A stretch of 64,000 nucleotides of DNA. Source: an uncultured Gammaproteobacteria bacterium (lineage in GTDB: Bacteria; Pseudomonadota; Gammaproteobacteria; JBGSLN01). Shown here piece by piece: positions 11,063 to 21,298 of the stretch. Every line of letters starts with the position of its first letter. The first letter of the stretch is position 1. The translations under genes were made by a program, and so were the position numbers. Where the stretch lies: assembly GCA_963748135.1 (NCBI GenBank), contig CAVVHY010000014.1, forward strand, positions 13,188 to 77,187, read 5' to 3'. The notes under the pieces are model-generated. The model saw nothing but the letters and a program-made list of their open reading frames with translations. It was not told the origin of the DNA and made no database searches.

Positions 11063-13052
11063 TTGAATATGAACTGGAATATCTATGAAACGATACTATA
11101 TGACAGAAACCAGGGAAGTATGGCGGGTGACAGCGGAGTCAGCCTATATCTATCTCAAATTGAAGATGTCTTCAAGTTGGCCTTTCCGTTTTTAAAAGGC
11201 AAATATAAACAAGATTCTTACCAACAAAATTTACCACCAGAACTTATTATCCCCATTTTACAGCGCAAACTCGTTAATGAGCGAGTCTACTCACCTGATA
11301 AAATCACACTTATCCTAGGCTTGCTTATTGGATATCTAAAAGAGGTGCGGTTAAAAAAACCCAAAATGCACAGAACACTAAATCGTTAAAAGGCACGATA
11401 AATGAATCGTATGATAGCTCTATTGCCGAGATAAAAATGGAACACAAGGGTGAATTATGTCTTTTAAATAACATCAATGAATTATTGCCTTACTTAAATA
11501 AAACTGAAAAGTCAATTATTAGCGAATATGCGATAAGATTTGGTGATACAGAACTGTGTAAAACTCTTAAAGAAAATAAATGTTTTTATCTTAATAAAGA
11601 TACTATCTGGGATTTACTTGGCGATATTAACTCTATACAACACGCCAAATTAAAACTTATTGAGAGCGCTATTAAAAAGCAATCTCATCTCTCCAAAAAC
11701 TCTCGAAAATTTTTAGTCGTTCTTATTAATATGGTTCCCACCCTATTATCTAAAGATGTTGATGCTATATTAAAAACATTTAACTTAATTAATTCACGAG
11801 AAGGTGGAGCAAGCTTTGAACGCTGCGTTATCGGTCACGATGACCTTCAAGATCGATGGAAAAACACGTATGATATTGACTATTCAGATCCTTCTCTCAT
11901 TCAGATCCTTCTCTCATTCAGAAACTCATTAGGCAATATCATAGAAACCCTTCAGAGGGGTCACGCAGACTATTAACTATTATCGCAGAAAAAATAGACC
12001 TTTCCGGTGGAAATACTGATTTGAGAGGCTATCCAACTGATATAAACGATAAGAGGTTAACACCATTGGAATACGCAATTAGGCTAGATTGTCCTGAGGC
12101 TGTCGATATAATATTGACTGCTAAGAATATTTATAGCGTTAATGTCAGAAATGTTAATACTCTTTATAACCTTATCTTAACGGCGGGCAAATACGGCAGT
12201 CCCAATACCTTGCTGCATTTATTGGAGAAATTCAACAAGCTTAAGCGGGCTTGTGACAAGCGCCAAGGTCGCAAACATGGTGATTATATATCTCTGAGTA
12301 AAACTAGGATTCTGTTTTATTGCCTAAATAATAAAATGGTACCGTATTTAGATGATATAATTAAACAGTTATTCCCCAACTCGAAAGAATCGATTTTCAA
12401 GCTTACCTACCGTGGATATACACCCTTAGCGTATGCCATCAAAACTGGTCATCCCAAGCTGATAAAGTGGATACTTTCCAAAGGTTCAGAAACATATGAG
12501 GGTCAAAGTGGTATCAATGCCTTAGCCACCGCAGTAGCAAAATATAGACCTGATCTTGTCGCATTCTTACTTAAAGCAGGTGTGTCACCGTACGAAAAAG
12601 ATGTCAAAGGTTTCTCAGCAATAGACCATGCAAATGAACTTTTTGATAGTCCAGGAACGAAGACTAAAGAGATTCATCGTTTACTCTTGAACCACTACGA
12701 GGGTAATATGGCTCAGGACAAGCAAAGTTTATCACCAAAGCAATTTGTTAATGCAGATGATGATCCAGATCAAGGTCCATCTAATCCTAATCAATCTAAT
12801 CAGGATGATTACATGACATTATTAAGAAAAACTATTTATGAGGCAATTAACTTATACCCAAAATATACTAAAAATTCGCCAAGACTATTTCACCGCGAGT
12901 CCACTGGGCGAAAACGTGCTCGTATTTTATCAGAAAGAATCCACCGGTCTAGGAGTTTCAAAGAAATCAAGCAGGTGCTGGCAGACCATTTAGGTCGTAA
13001 CGAGACACCATCTTGTTTACTTTTGGAGACCTCGTGGCGGAAATTTATTTGA
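11063..13052 (+). pseudogene. Ankyrin-repeat protein gene broken into three ORFs (108, 179, 343 aa)
   Basis: Ankyrin-like units are present: TPLEYAIRLDCPEAVDIIL, YTPLAYAIKTGHPKLIKWILSKGSE and GINALATAVAKYRPDLVAFLLKAGVSP. Deleting one copy of the 17-nt tandem duplication (11882-11915) joins ORF2 to ORF3 in frame with no stop. Adding one A to the A7 run at 11353-11359 joins ORF1 to ORF2. The reconstructed length is 1974 nt (658 codons). Confidence 0.55.
11882..11915 (+). repeat. Perfect 17-nt tandem duplication (attcagatccttctctc x2) causing a frameshift
   Basis: Read directly: 11882-11898 is identical to 11899-11915, followed by a partial third unit attcaga. Confidence 0.95.
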
Positions 13053-13300
13053 TGATTCGCTTGATGCCTACCTAATGAAAAAGCTTAGCGACAATGAAAT
13101 CTTTAAGTTATTTATCCTGGGTGGTGAAGACAACCTAGGCCCTGTTGCTACACCTGATGAACGATTTGCTGCGAGAGCAAAATTTTTGAAAAAGATGTGA
13201 TAACTTAACTATTGCTTTTAATAATGAAGTTGGCATTTTATAATCATTGCTTGATAATACGCTTAAGTAGCCAAATTATTAATATGTTACTAATACCCTT

Positions 13301-13618
13301 ATGACTAAAAAACCCGAACAAAGTGTGCATAATATCCTTAGCCAAGGCCAAGGGCCTTTGGCCTATGTATTGGCCAAGGTTGAACAATTACGCATGTTAA
13401 GTCAACAGGTTCAAAAGCTGCTCCGGCCTGAATTGGCGCAACATTGCCAAGTTGCCAATTTGCGGGATGGCTGTCTAATACTACAAGTCGACAATGCGGC
13501 CTGGGCCACGCAGTTGCGCTTTGAACAGACTGAATTATTGAGCAAGCTACGCAAACAGCCTGAGTTAGCAGGGTTGGCCTCGATCAAGATTCAAGTTAGA
13601 GCGGCTGAGGCTAGCTAA
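13301..13618 (+). CDS. DUF721 / DciA-like small protein
   Basis: 105 aa. The pattern LRDGCLILQVDNAAWATQLRFEQTELLSKLR is typical of DUF721. Its position between secA and lpxC is as seen in other gammaproteobacteria (from memory, not searched). Confidence 0.55.
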   Translation: MTKKPEQSVHNILSQGQGPLAYVLAKVEQLRMLSQQVQKLLRPELAQHCQVANLRDGCLILQVDNAAWATQLRFEQTELLSKLRKQPELAGLASIKIQVRAAEAS

Positions 13619-13634
13619 TATCTGGTTTAAAAAT

Positions 13635-14089
13635 TTATTTAGAGCCCCCTCACCATGATCCTCTCCCCCAAGGGGGAGAGGGATCTGCTCATTTTTATCA
13701 AAACCACATTGCCCAAATGCTGTCATTCCGGGGGTTACTGCAACTTGGTGAGCGCAGCGAGCTTAGTTGCAGTTGCAACCCGGAATCCAGGAATGATAGC
13801 TTTTCATGATATGATGACTTTGCAATTCCTGGAGCCCGGCTCATAACTGCAAGTAAGTTCGACTACGTCTCACCAACTTGCAGTAATGGCCGGGATGACA
13901 TCGGTGGGAAAATCACATGCATCTAATAACGTAACAACATAGTTGATGACAATGTTTTTATGCAGCAGAAAAATTACGTCGCGCCACTATTTTATTAACT
14001 ATATTGATTTTAATGATAAATTTTTTCAAAAATGAGCAGATCCCTCGCCCCCGTGGGGGAGAGGGGAGGGTGATGGGAGCTCTAAATAA
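13635..14089. repeat. Modular structured repeat, copy 1 (MITE-like, with about 65-bp terminal inverted repeats)
   Basis: The left end ttatttagagccccctcacc...gggggagagggatctgctcattttt (13635-13700) is the imperfect reverse complement of 14026-14089. The central about 190 nt is a long imperfect hairpin (ttactgcaacttggtgagc ... ctcaccaacttgcagtaa). Related copies are at 34524-34857 and 59342-59813. Confidence 0.65.
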
Positions 14090-14205
14090 TACATCAAATC
14101 TCCCTAACCCAATTCCAACCTATTCCAATCTCATTTCCACCCCATTCAAACCCCATATGACCTATACTAAAAGATAATAACTGACTAGAAATACAAGGCG
14201 AGGTC

Positions 14206-14709
14206 ATGAAAACACTAACCCTATCTATCATCTTGATATTTGGCATCATATTCATGCCGCTCTCAAACGCCCAGCCGAGCGCAACTCCAGAGGCGGATGT
14301 CACAAAAACATTTACTGAGAGTATTACCGCATTCCAAACCGGCGACATTGAACGCTATATGTCATATTGGGTAGAAAGTGATGCAGCTACTATCATTGAT
14401 CCCATCAGCCATAAATTATTATTAGGGATACCTGCGATAAGAAACTATGTTGCGACTGCGATGCAATCTCCTGGAACACTGCATGCCGACAATATCACCG
14501 TCACCATTGAAAAAAAATCTCAACTGGCTTGGTTAACAGCAACAATTGATATGACTTATATTACCAGTGGCAATACTACCACTCGCGAAAGAAAATGGGT
14601 GGCAGCAAGATTTATCAATTTGGGAAATGATAATTGGAAATTGATTTTATTGGTCTATCCATTCTATGTACCAGGAACTGTGACAGCAACAACCCCAGTA
14701 GGATCTTAG
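14206..14709 (+). CDS. Secreted small protein, possibly NTF2/SnoaL-like (DUF4440-like)
   Basis: 167 aa with signal peptide MKTLTLSIILIFGIIFMPLSNA/QP. The motif AFQTGDIERYMSYWVESDAATIIDP resembles NTF2-fold proteins, but that assignment is weak. Confidence 0.4.
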   Translation: MKTLTLSIILIFGIIFMPLSNAQPSATPEADVTKTFTESITAFQTGDIERYMSYWVESDAATIIDPISHKLLLGIPAIRNYVATAMQSPGTLHADNITVTIEKKSQLAWLTATIDMTYITSGNTTTRERKWVAARFINLGNDNWKLILLVYPFYVPGTVTATTPVGS

Positions 14710-14735
14710 AGTAAGATGCAATTTGTTAAATACAA

Positions 14736-15650
14736 CTACGCCGCAGCAACGACCGGGTGTAAATAATTCTTCGGTAAATTTTCTTGTGAATCGAAGGTAA
14801 TGTATTCCCAGGCATTTTCATCTGCTAATAGGCTTTGCAACAATTGATTATTGAGACTGTGACCTGATTTATAACCTTCAAAGGCACCGATGACATTAGA
14901 ACCTAATAAATAGAGATCGCCAATAGCATCAAGTACTTTGTGCTTCACAAACTCATCAGGATAACGCAAACCATCTTCATTCAAGATACGATAGTCATCA
15001 ACAACAACCGCATTATCAAAACTACTGCCCAAAGCCAAATTCATATCGCGTAATACTTCATAGTCTTTGAGGAAACCAAAGGTGCGTGCACGTGAAACTT
15101 CTTTGACATAAGAGGTAGTAGAAAAATCAAAACCAGCTTGTTGATCTGTGCTACGAAAAACTGGGTGATCGAAATCAATCGCGAAATCAACTTTAAAACC
15201 GTTATATGGTTTTAAGGCAGCGATTTTATCGCCTTCTTTAACACGTATTTTTCGCTTAATACGAATAAAACGTTTTAATGCTTTTTGTTCTTCGATACCA
15301 GCAGATTGAATAAGAAAGACAAAGGGAGCTGCACTGCCATCCATAATGGGGACTTCAGCCGCGGTGACATCAACGTAGACATTATCGATACCTAGACCAG
15401 CAAAAGCAGACATCAAATGCTCCACTGTCGCAACCCGCACACCACCGCGAGCCAAAGTGGTCGACATTCGGGTATCACCGACAAATTCAATGCTTGCTGG
15501 AATTTCTACGACAGGATCCAAATCAATCCGATTGAAAACGATACCCGTGTTCACTGGCGCGGGCCTTAGCGTTAAAAATACTTTTTCGCCAGTATGTGTC
15601 CCTACCCCTGTTGCTCTAATAATATTCTTCAGAGTCCTTTGTCTTATCAT
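14736..15650 (-). CDS. lpxC: UDP-3-O-acyl-GlcNAc deacetylase
   Basis: 304 aa. [24 protein letters not shown]...HHxxD-type LpxC motifs ([27 protein letters not shown]). Lies downstream of ftsZ. Confidence 0.95.
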   Translation of the reverse strand: MIRQRTLKNIIRATGVGTHTGEKVFLTLRPAPVNTGIVFNRIDLDPVVEIPASIEFVGDTRMSTTLARGGVRVATVEHLMSAFAGLGIDNVYVDVTAAEVPIMDGSAAPFVFLIQSAGIEEQKALKRFIRIKRKIRVKEGDKIAALKPYNGFKVDFAIDFDHPVFRSTDQQAGFDFSTTSYVKEVSRARTFGFLKDYEVLRDMNLALGSSFDNAVVVDDYRILNEDGLRYPDEFVKHKVLDAIGDLYLLGSNVIGAFEGYKSGHSLNNQLLQSLLADENAWEYITFDSQENLPKNYLHPVVAAA

Positions 15651-15902
15651 GCTTGCATCTACCTATTATAATTCGTTCGTAACGAAACACGTTCTTTTGC
15701 TGCGACTATGCAAGTATAGCGCTGATATATAAAAACACAAAAATATCGCGCATTGTAACACTATCTTTAGCAAATTGTAATAACTTCGTGATTATTCAGC
15801 AAAAGATACAACATCTTCACCAGATCTGTACCTATCTTGCGCAAATAACACTTTATATCAAATCACGTATTATACAATACGTCACTCTCGTCCCGGTCGG
15901 AA

Positions 15903-17054
15903 TCAATTTACCTCTTCCTGACGCCGTAAAAAGGCCGGGATATCCAAATATTCAACATCCTGGTTCGGCTCGTCTGCAGGTTTCGGTACCACTGCCTGCT
16001 TACGAATAACCGTCGGACGCTCAAGTTTATGATAATCAGGGGTACCATCAGACCGTTTATTTTCCACGAGACCTACCGGGCCCTTCTTAGTTTCTTCGCC
16101 ACCCAAGCCAGTCACAACAACAGTTACCCTGAGGTCTTCAGTTAATTCAGGATCAATAACCGTACCGACAACAACGGTGGCACCCTCTGAAGTAAAGCCT
16201 TTGACTGCGTCGCCGACTTCTTCAAATTCACCGATCGACATATCAAGACCAGCAGTGATATTGACCAATACACCCTTGGCACCGTGTAAATCAACATCTT
16301 CCAATAATGGACTGGCAATCGCCGCTTCGGCCGCTTCACGGGCACGATTTTCACCGGTTGCAGAACCCGTACCCATCATTGCCATACCCATTTCAGACAT
16401 CACCGTGCGCACATCAGCAAAGTCGACATTGATCAAACCCGGTCGAGTAATCAAATCTGCAATGCCTTGTACTGCACCATGGAGTACATTATTCGCAGCC
16501 TTGAATGCATTTAATAAGGTAATATTTTTACCCAGCACCGATAACAATTTATTATTTGGAATGGTAATCAATGAATCCACATGTTTACGTAATTCCTGGA
16601 TACCACCATCGGCAACTTGCATCCGTACCCGGCCTTCAAATTGAAATGGCTTGGTGACCACCGCCACCGTCAATATCCCCATATCACGGGCGATCTCGGC
16701 CACAACTGGAGCAGCGCCCGTACCAGTGCCACCACCCATGCCGGCAGTAATAAACACCATATCGGTATCGGTCAAGACTTCCCGAATCTTTTCCCGATCT
16801 TCTTCTGCCGCCTGCCGACCAATCTCAGGATTAGCGCCAGCACCTAGGCCTTTAGTAATTTCAGTACCTAATTGCAAAATTGTCCCGGCATCGGAATTTT
16901 TTAATGCCTGGAGATCGGTATTTGCAACAATAAACTCAACACCTTCGATATTTTTTTCATTTATCATATGTTGCACGGCGTTACCACCACCGCCACCAAC
17001 ACCAATGACTTTAATGACAGCATTTTGCTGTTCGCCTTCCATTAATTCAAACAT
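15903..17054 (-). CDS. ftsZ: Cell division GTPase FtsZ
   Basis: 383 aa with tubulin signature [17 protein letters not shown], and the C-terminal DIPAFLRRQ peptide. Confidence 0.97.
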   Translation of the reverse strand: MFELMEGEQQNAVIKVIGVGGGGGNAVQHMINEKNIEGVEFIVANTDLQALKNSDAGTILQLGTEITKGLGAGANPEIGRQAAEEDREKIREVLTDTDMVFITAGMGGGTGTGAAPVVAEIARDMGILTVAVVTKPFQFEGRVRMQVADGGIQELRKHVDSLITIPNNKLLSVLGKNITLLNAFKAANNVLHGAVQGIADLITRPGLINVDFADVRTVMSEMGMAMMGTGSATGENRAREAAEAAIASPLLEDVDLHGAKGVLVNITAGLDMSIGEFEEVGDAVKGFTSEGATVVVGTVIDPELTEDLRVTVVVTGLGGEETKKGPVGLVENKRSDGTPDYHKLERPTVIRKQAVVPKPADEPNQDVEYLDIPAFLRRQEEVN

Positions 17055-17089
17055 ATTATTGCCCCCTTTTTTTTGCCCTAAACTAATCT

Positions 17090-18325
17090 TTAAAAGTTAC
17101 CCTGAAACCAATGCCTCATCCTCGACCAAACACCTTTCACACCATCAACAATAATTAAATCTTGCTGCGGGCGATATTGTTGTTGATAACCATATAGTAA
17201 CAAACCTACGCCGGTTGCATAAATTGGGTTGTTACTAATCTCTGTCATACCATTAATATATTGCGGCGTTCCTAAACGCACCGGCATATTAAAGATCTTT
17301 TCGGCCAAATCAACTGCGCCTTTAACCTTTGAAGCGCCACCGGTTAATACCATACCCGCCGCGATTAAATCATCAAAGCCACTGCGTCTAAGTTCTGCCT
17401 GCACCAAATGAAATAATTCCTCATAACGCGCCTCGATGACTTCAGTTAATGCCTTTCGTGAAACCTTACGACCCTGTCGATCACCCACACTTGGGACTTC
17501 AATCATTTCACCATCTTCAGCTAATTCTTGTAATGCACAGGCATATTTTATTTTGATTTCTTCAGCATTTTGCGTAGGTGTACGCAACGCAATTGCCACA
17601 TCATTGGTGACTTGATCGCCGGCGATTGGAATCACTGCAGTATGGCGAATCGCACCATCGGTAAATACTGCAATATCTGTCGTGCCGCCACCGATATCAA
17701 CTAAACAAACACCCAATTCTTTTTCATCTTCATTTAAGACCGCATAGCTTGAAGCCAATTGCTCCAAGATAATATCCGCCACATCAAGACCACAGCGACG
17801 TACACATTTCACAATGTTTTGCGCCGCACTGACTGCCCCCGTCACCATATGTACTCGTGATTCCAAACGTACCCCTGACATACCGATGGGTTCGCGAATC
17901 CCTTCTTGGCTATCGATGATAAATTCTTGCGGCAATATATGCAGAATCTTTTGATCCGCAGGAATTGCTACTGCCCTTGCGGCATCAATCACACGATCAA
18001 CATCTGATTGGCAAACCTCTTGATCACGGATGGCAACAATACCATGCGAATTAAGGCTGCGAATATGGCTACCAGCGATACCTGTATAAGCAGAGTGAAT
18101 TTGGCAACCGGCCATCAACTCTGCCTCTTCAACCGCGCGTTGGATCGATTGCACTGTCGCCTCAATATTTACAACAACGCCTCTTTTCAAGCCGCGAGAA
18201 GGATGGGCACCAATCCCAATGATATTGATCTGGCCATCAGCACTAACTTCGCCGATAAGCGCTACAACTTTAGTGGTACCGATATCAATACCCACAATGA
18301 GATTTTTATCAGGTTTTTTCGCCAT
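17090..18325 (-). CDS. ftsA: Cell division protein FtsA
   Basis: 411 aa of the actin/HSP70 fold, with motifs [10 protein letters not shown] and [13 protein letters not shown]. Confidence 0.95.
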   Translation of the reverse strand: MAKKPDKNLIVGIDIGTTKVVALIGEVSADGQINIIGIGAHPSRGLKRGVVVNIEATVQSIQRAVEEAELMAGCQIHSAYTGIAGSHIRSLNSHGIVAIRDQEVCQSDVDRVIDAARAVAIPADQKILHILPQEFIIDSQEGIREPIGMSGVRLESRVHMVTGAVSAAQNIVKCVRRCGLDVADIILEQLASSYAVLNEDEKELGVCLVDIGGGTTDIAVFTDGAIRHTAVIPIAGDQVTNDVAIALRTPTQNAEEIKIKYACALQELAEDGEMIEVPSVGDRQGRKVSRKALTEVIEARYEELFHLVQAELRRSGFDDLIAAGMVLTGGASKVKGAVDLAEKIFNMPVRLGTPQYINGMTEISNNPIYATGVGLLLYGYQQQYRPQQDLIIVDGVKGVWSRMRHWFQGNF

Positions 18326-18442
18326 GTCCCACTTCCCCTTTAGTTCCTGCTAACTTTAATCTTTCTTCTAACTTTTAATGAGATTTATACCAGGTTTTAA
18401 CCATTTATTTTCCAAATATGTCCCCACATCCCGAAACTCGTG

Positions 18443-18564
18443 CAAACAGTCAGCTTTGCGGCGAGGTTGGCTTTAGAATTGAAAAAAGTAGCGGAGTGTA
18501 TATGTAATACATGAGCACACTTTTTTCAATTCTAAAGCCAAGATCGCCCAAAGGTGGCTGTTTG
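18443..18564. repeat. Long hairpin element in the ftsQ-ftsA intergenic region
   Basis: Perfect 23-bp inverted repeat ttggctttagaattgaaaaaagt (18467-18489) / acttttttcaattctaaagccaa (18519-18541). Imperfect outer extension caaacag (18443-18449) / ctgtttg (18558-18564). It ends 5 nt from the ftsQ stop. Confidence 0.7.
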
Positions 18565-18568
18565 TTTC

Positions 18569-19330
18569 TCATCTCACCCACCTAATTGCCATGCCATTGG
18601 TATACCGTAAATCTATATACTTCGCCTTTTTTGCCGCATCAGCAAACACCTTCGGATATACCACCACAAATCTTTGCAATCTTTCAATTATATCTGTCCG
18701 TCCTAATAGCAGTGTCATGCCATTTTGTAAATGCAGGCTAAGCGACATGCGATCGCCTAAGTCAACTCCCATAATTTTGAGTCCTAAGGGTACAAGTAAG
18801 TTAGACATTTGTCGATACAGATTTAAAATTAATTTGGTATATGTCGCTGGCACATTAAATTGCATTAAATTGTTAGGTAAAGTCCCTGCCTTCGGCGTAA
18901 AGATACTACCATCTGCATCCATTAAACTTTGGTTATTTAAGACGGCAATAGGTTTATGCTCGATGAGCTTTATCTTAATCTTATCTGGCCATGCCCGTTG
19001 TATTTCAACATTGGCTAACCAGGGTAATTGCAATAATTGTTGCTTAAGCCTAGACAGATTAATACTTAATAAGCCTGCCTTTAAAAAGGGTTGGATGACT
19101 TGTTTAATACTATTTGGATTGATGTGTTGATAATTGCCTGAGATCAACACATGCTTAATGGGAAGAAGGTCACGACCTTTTAGTTCCGACCATAACCAAG
19201 CCGCCATCACAGCGAAGAATAAGATAATAGAGATCCGAAACAAGTAATGATGGTTCCGAAGCTTACGCGCAACCTCATCGGTATGCCGTGTGGCTTGTTG
19301 TTGTTTGTTAAAATGTTTCGCCAATAGCAT
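18569..19330 (-). CDS. ftsQ: Cell division protein FtsQ
   Basis: 253 aa with a single N-terminal TM and a POTRA-like region (IKHVLISGNYQHINPNSIKQVI). Positioned between ddl and ftsA. Confidence 0.8.
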   Translation of the reverse strand: MLLAKHFNKQQQATRHTDEVARKLRNHHYLFRISIILFFAVMAAWLWSELKGRDLLPIKHVLISGNYQHINPNSIKQVIQPFLKAGLLSINLSRLKQQLLQLPWLANVEIQRAWPDKIKIKLIEHKPIAVLNNQSLMDADGSIFTPKAGTLPNNLMQFNVPATYTKLILNLYRQMSNLLVPLGLKIMGVDLGDRMSLSLHLQNGMTLLLGRTDIIERLQRFVVVYPKVFADAAKKAKYIDLRYTNGMAIRWVR

Positions 19331-19339
19331 TGTTGGCCT

Positions 19340-20287
19340 CTATTTGTAATTTGTTGTTAAAGTCTGCTGCAAAATCCTCACGATTAATTCATCATATTCA
19401 ATACCACAGGCACGTGCAGCTTGCGGCACTAAACTATGACTTGTTAAACCCGGAATAGTGTTGACTTCCAATAGCCATAATTTACCTTTTTCATCTTCCA
19501 TCAGATCCACCCGTCCCCAGTGGCGACAACCTAATGCCTGATATGCCTTAAATGCCAATTCCTGGGTTGTCTTTTCTGCTTCAGCTGATAAGCCACATGG
19601 GATATTAAATTGCGTATCATCTGAGTAATATTTTGCTTCGTAGTCATAAAAACCTACTGGGGTTGCAATATGAATAATTGGCAATGCCTGATTACCCAAA
19701 ATTCCAACCGTGAATTCTCGACCTTGTAACCAAGGTTCTGCCATAACACGACAACCATAATTATGTGCCAAGGCCAATGCCTTTTTAAATTCGGCAAGCT
19801 CTGTCACTTTAGTCACCCCTAAACTAGAACCTTGGCATACAGGCTTAATGGCCAATGGTAAACCTAGTTGTTTAATCACTTGCTTGGCATCAGTTGTTTG
19901 ATTTAATACGACAAAATCAGAGGTAGGTAAAGCCAGACCTCGCCAAACCAATTTTGTGATTATCTTATCCATTGCGATCGCTGAAGCACATACCGAACTG
20001 CCGGTATACGGTATTTTTAAAGTTTCAAGCGCACCTTGAATGACACCATCTTCACCAAAACTGCCGTGCAATGCAATAAAGGCACGGTCAAGCTTTGCTT
20101 GAACCAATTGTTGATACACATCATCGCCGACATCGATTGCTTGGACATCAATATGATGCTTTTTCAACGCATCAACCACACCTTGGCCTGACATCAAAGA
20201 CACTTCGCGCTCGGCATTTTGCCCACCCATAAGCACTGCGACTTTGCCGAATTGTTGTGGATCAAACTTATCTATCATATTTTTCAC
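19340..20287 (-). CDS. ddl: D-alanine--D-alanine ligase
   Basis: 315 aa of the ATP-grasp type, with GKVAVLMGGQNAEREVSLMSG, HGSFGEDGVIQG and the C-terminal LEVNTIPGLTSHSL. Confidence 0.9.
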   Translation of the reverse strand: MKNMIDKFDPQQFGKVAVLMGGQNAEREVSLMSGQGVVDALKKHHIDVQAIDVGDDVYQQLVQAKLDRAFIALHGSFGEDGVIQGALETLKIPYTGSSVCASAIAMDKIITKLVWRGLALPTSDFVVLNQTTDAKQVIKQLGLPLAIKPVCQGSSLGVTKVTELAEFKKALALAHNYGCRVMAEPWLQGREFTVGILGNQALPIIHIATPVGFYDYEAKYYSDDTQFNIPCGLSAEAEKTTQELAFKAYQALGCRHWGRVDLMEDEKGKLWLLEVNTIPGLTSHSLVPQAARACGIEYDELIVRILQQTLTTNYK

Positions 20288-20313
20288 TCGTAATATAAAA
20301 AATTGCGGTAACT

Positions 20314-20409
20314 ATTCAGCAAAATCCAAAACGGATTAAGAACGCTCAGATTTTGGATGATTTTTCGCCAAAAAGCACCAAAATCTGAGTGTTCTCCTAT
20401 TTGCTGAAT
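20314..20409. repeat. Nested hairpin element in the murB-ddl intergenic region
   Basis: Outer 10-bp inverted repeat attcagcaaa (20314-20323) / tttgctgaat (20400-20409). Inner 17-bp inverted repeat gaacgctcagattttgg (20340-20356) / ccaaaatctgagtgttc (20378-20394) with one mismatch. Confidence 0.55.
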
Positions 20410-20413
20410 TATC

Positions 20414-21298
20414 CTATAAAGGTTGTCCGATAATCTTAACCTCTCTATACAACTCTACCCCATGTTCTTCTTTTACCTTGTCAGCAACATACTGAATCAA
20501 TTGTTCAATATCCTGGGCCTTGGCATTATTTTCATTGATAATGAAGTTGGCATGTTTTTCCGAAACACATGCCCCACCAATGCGCGTCCCTTTCAAGCCA
20601 GTCGTCTCAATTAGGCGGCCAGCGAAATCACCCTCAGGATTACGAAAAACAGAACCACAATTATGATCGCCTGTCGGTTGTGTGGCTGCGCGATGGTCTA
20701 ATAGCTTGCGTATCTTTTCTAATGACTCTTCTTTATCGCCATGTTTAAGTCGAAAATAGCCAGCAATAAACCATTCATTCTCAGGACCTGTCACACTACG
20801 ATAACCAATTTGATAGTCGTTCGCCTTTCGCAATTTTATTTCACCTTGCCGCGATATAGTTTCTACTGCCTCAACAAAATTCCAAGTTTCGCCATCAAAA
20901 CAACCGGCGTTCATTGCCAAGGCACCGCCAACTGAACCAGGAATGCCAGCCCAAAATTCACCACCAACTAAACCTTGCCGAGCACAAAAGCGCGCGAGTT
21001 TAGCGCAGGATACCCCGGCCTCAGCACGGACAATACAGTCATCGAGCAATGATAAATCCTGCATACCAGTCAAGGTAGATATCACCGTGCCCTCAAAGCC
21101 ACCATCTCTAATTAACAAATTACTACCTAAGCCTAACCAAAAAAGGTTTTCACCTTCCGGTAAAGTCGATAAAAACAATGCCAAGTCAGCCACATCTTTT
21201 GGTTGAAAAAATTGTTTGGCATTGCCTCCGACTCGCCATGTTGTATAACGACTTAATGGCATATTCTCAGTTAATTTGCCACGGATAGTCTTAGACAT
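20414..21298 (-). CDS. murB: UDP-N-acetylenolpyruvoylglucosamine reductase
   Basis: 294 aa of the FAD-binding PCMH type (LSRYTTWRVGGNAKQFF, GLGSNLL, GSVFRNP). TAATG overlap with the murC stop. Confidence 0.9.
   Translation of the reverse strand: MSKTIRGKLTENMPLSRYTTWRVGGNAKQFFQPKDVADLALFLSTLPEGENLFWLGLGSNLLIRDGGFEGTVISTLTGMQDLSLLDDCIVRAEAGVSCAKLARFCARQGLVGGEFWAGIPGSVGGALAMNAGCFDGETWNFVEAVETISRQGEIKLRKANDYQIGYRSVTGPENEWFIAGYFRLKHGDKEESLEKIRKLLDHRAATQPTGDHNCGSVFRNPEGDFAGRLIETTGLKGTRIGGACVSEKHANFIINENNAKAQDIEQLIQYVADKVKEEHGVELYREVKIIGQPL

Noticed and set aside
13655-14348. ORFs 13655-13846 (+) and 14094-14348 (-) at repeat copy 1, plus the analogous ORF 59623-59811 in copy 3
   Set aside because: The first and third lie inside the repeat family, and the second spans its right end and the promoter of the next gene. 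Copies differ by indels that are not multiples of three, and there is no SD and no conserved reading frame between copies.
16177-17154. Long plus-strand ORFs (155, 76 and 167 aa) antisense to ftsZ
   Set aside because: They lie entirely inside the unmistakable ftsZ coding region and translate to low-complexity Pro/Ser/Ala-rich sequence. These are typical shadow ORFs of a relatively GC-rich, highly expressed gene.
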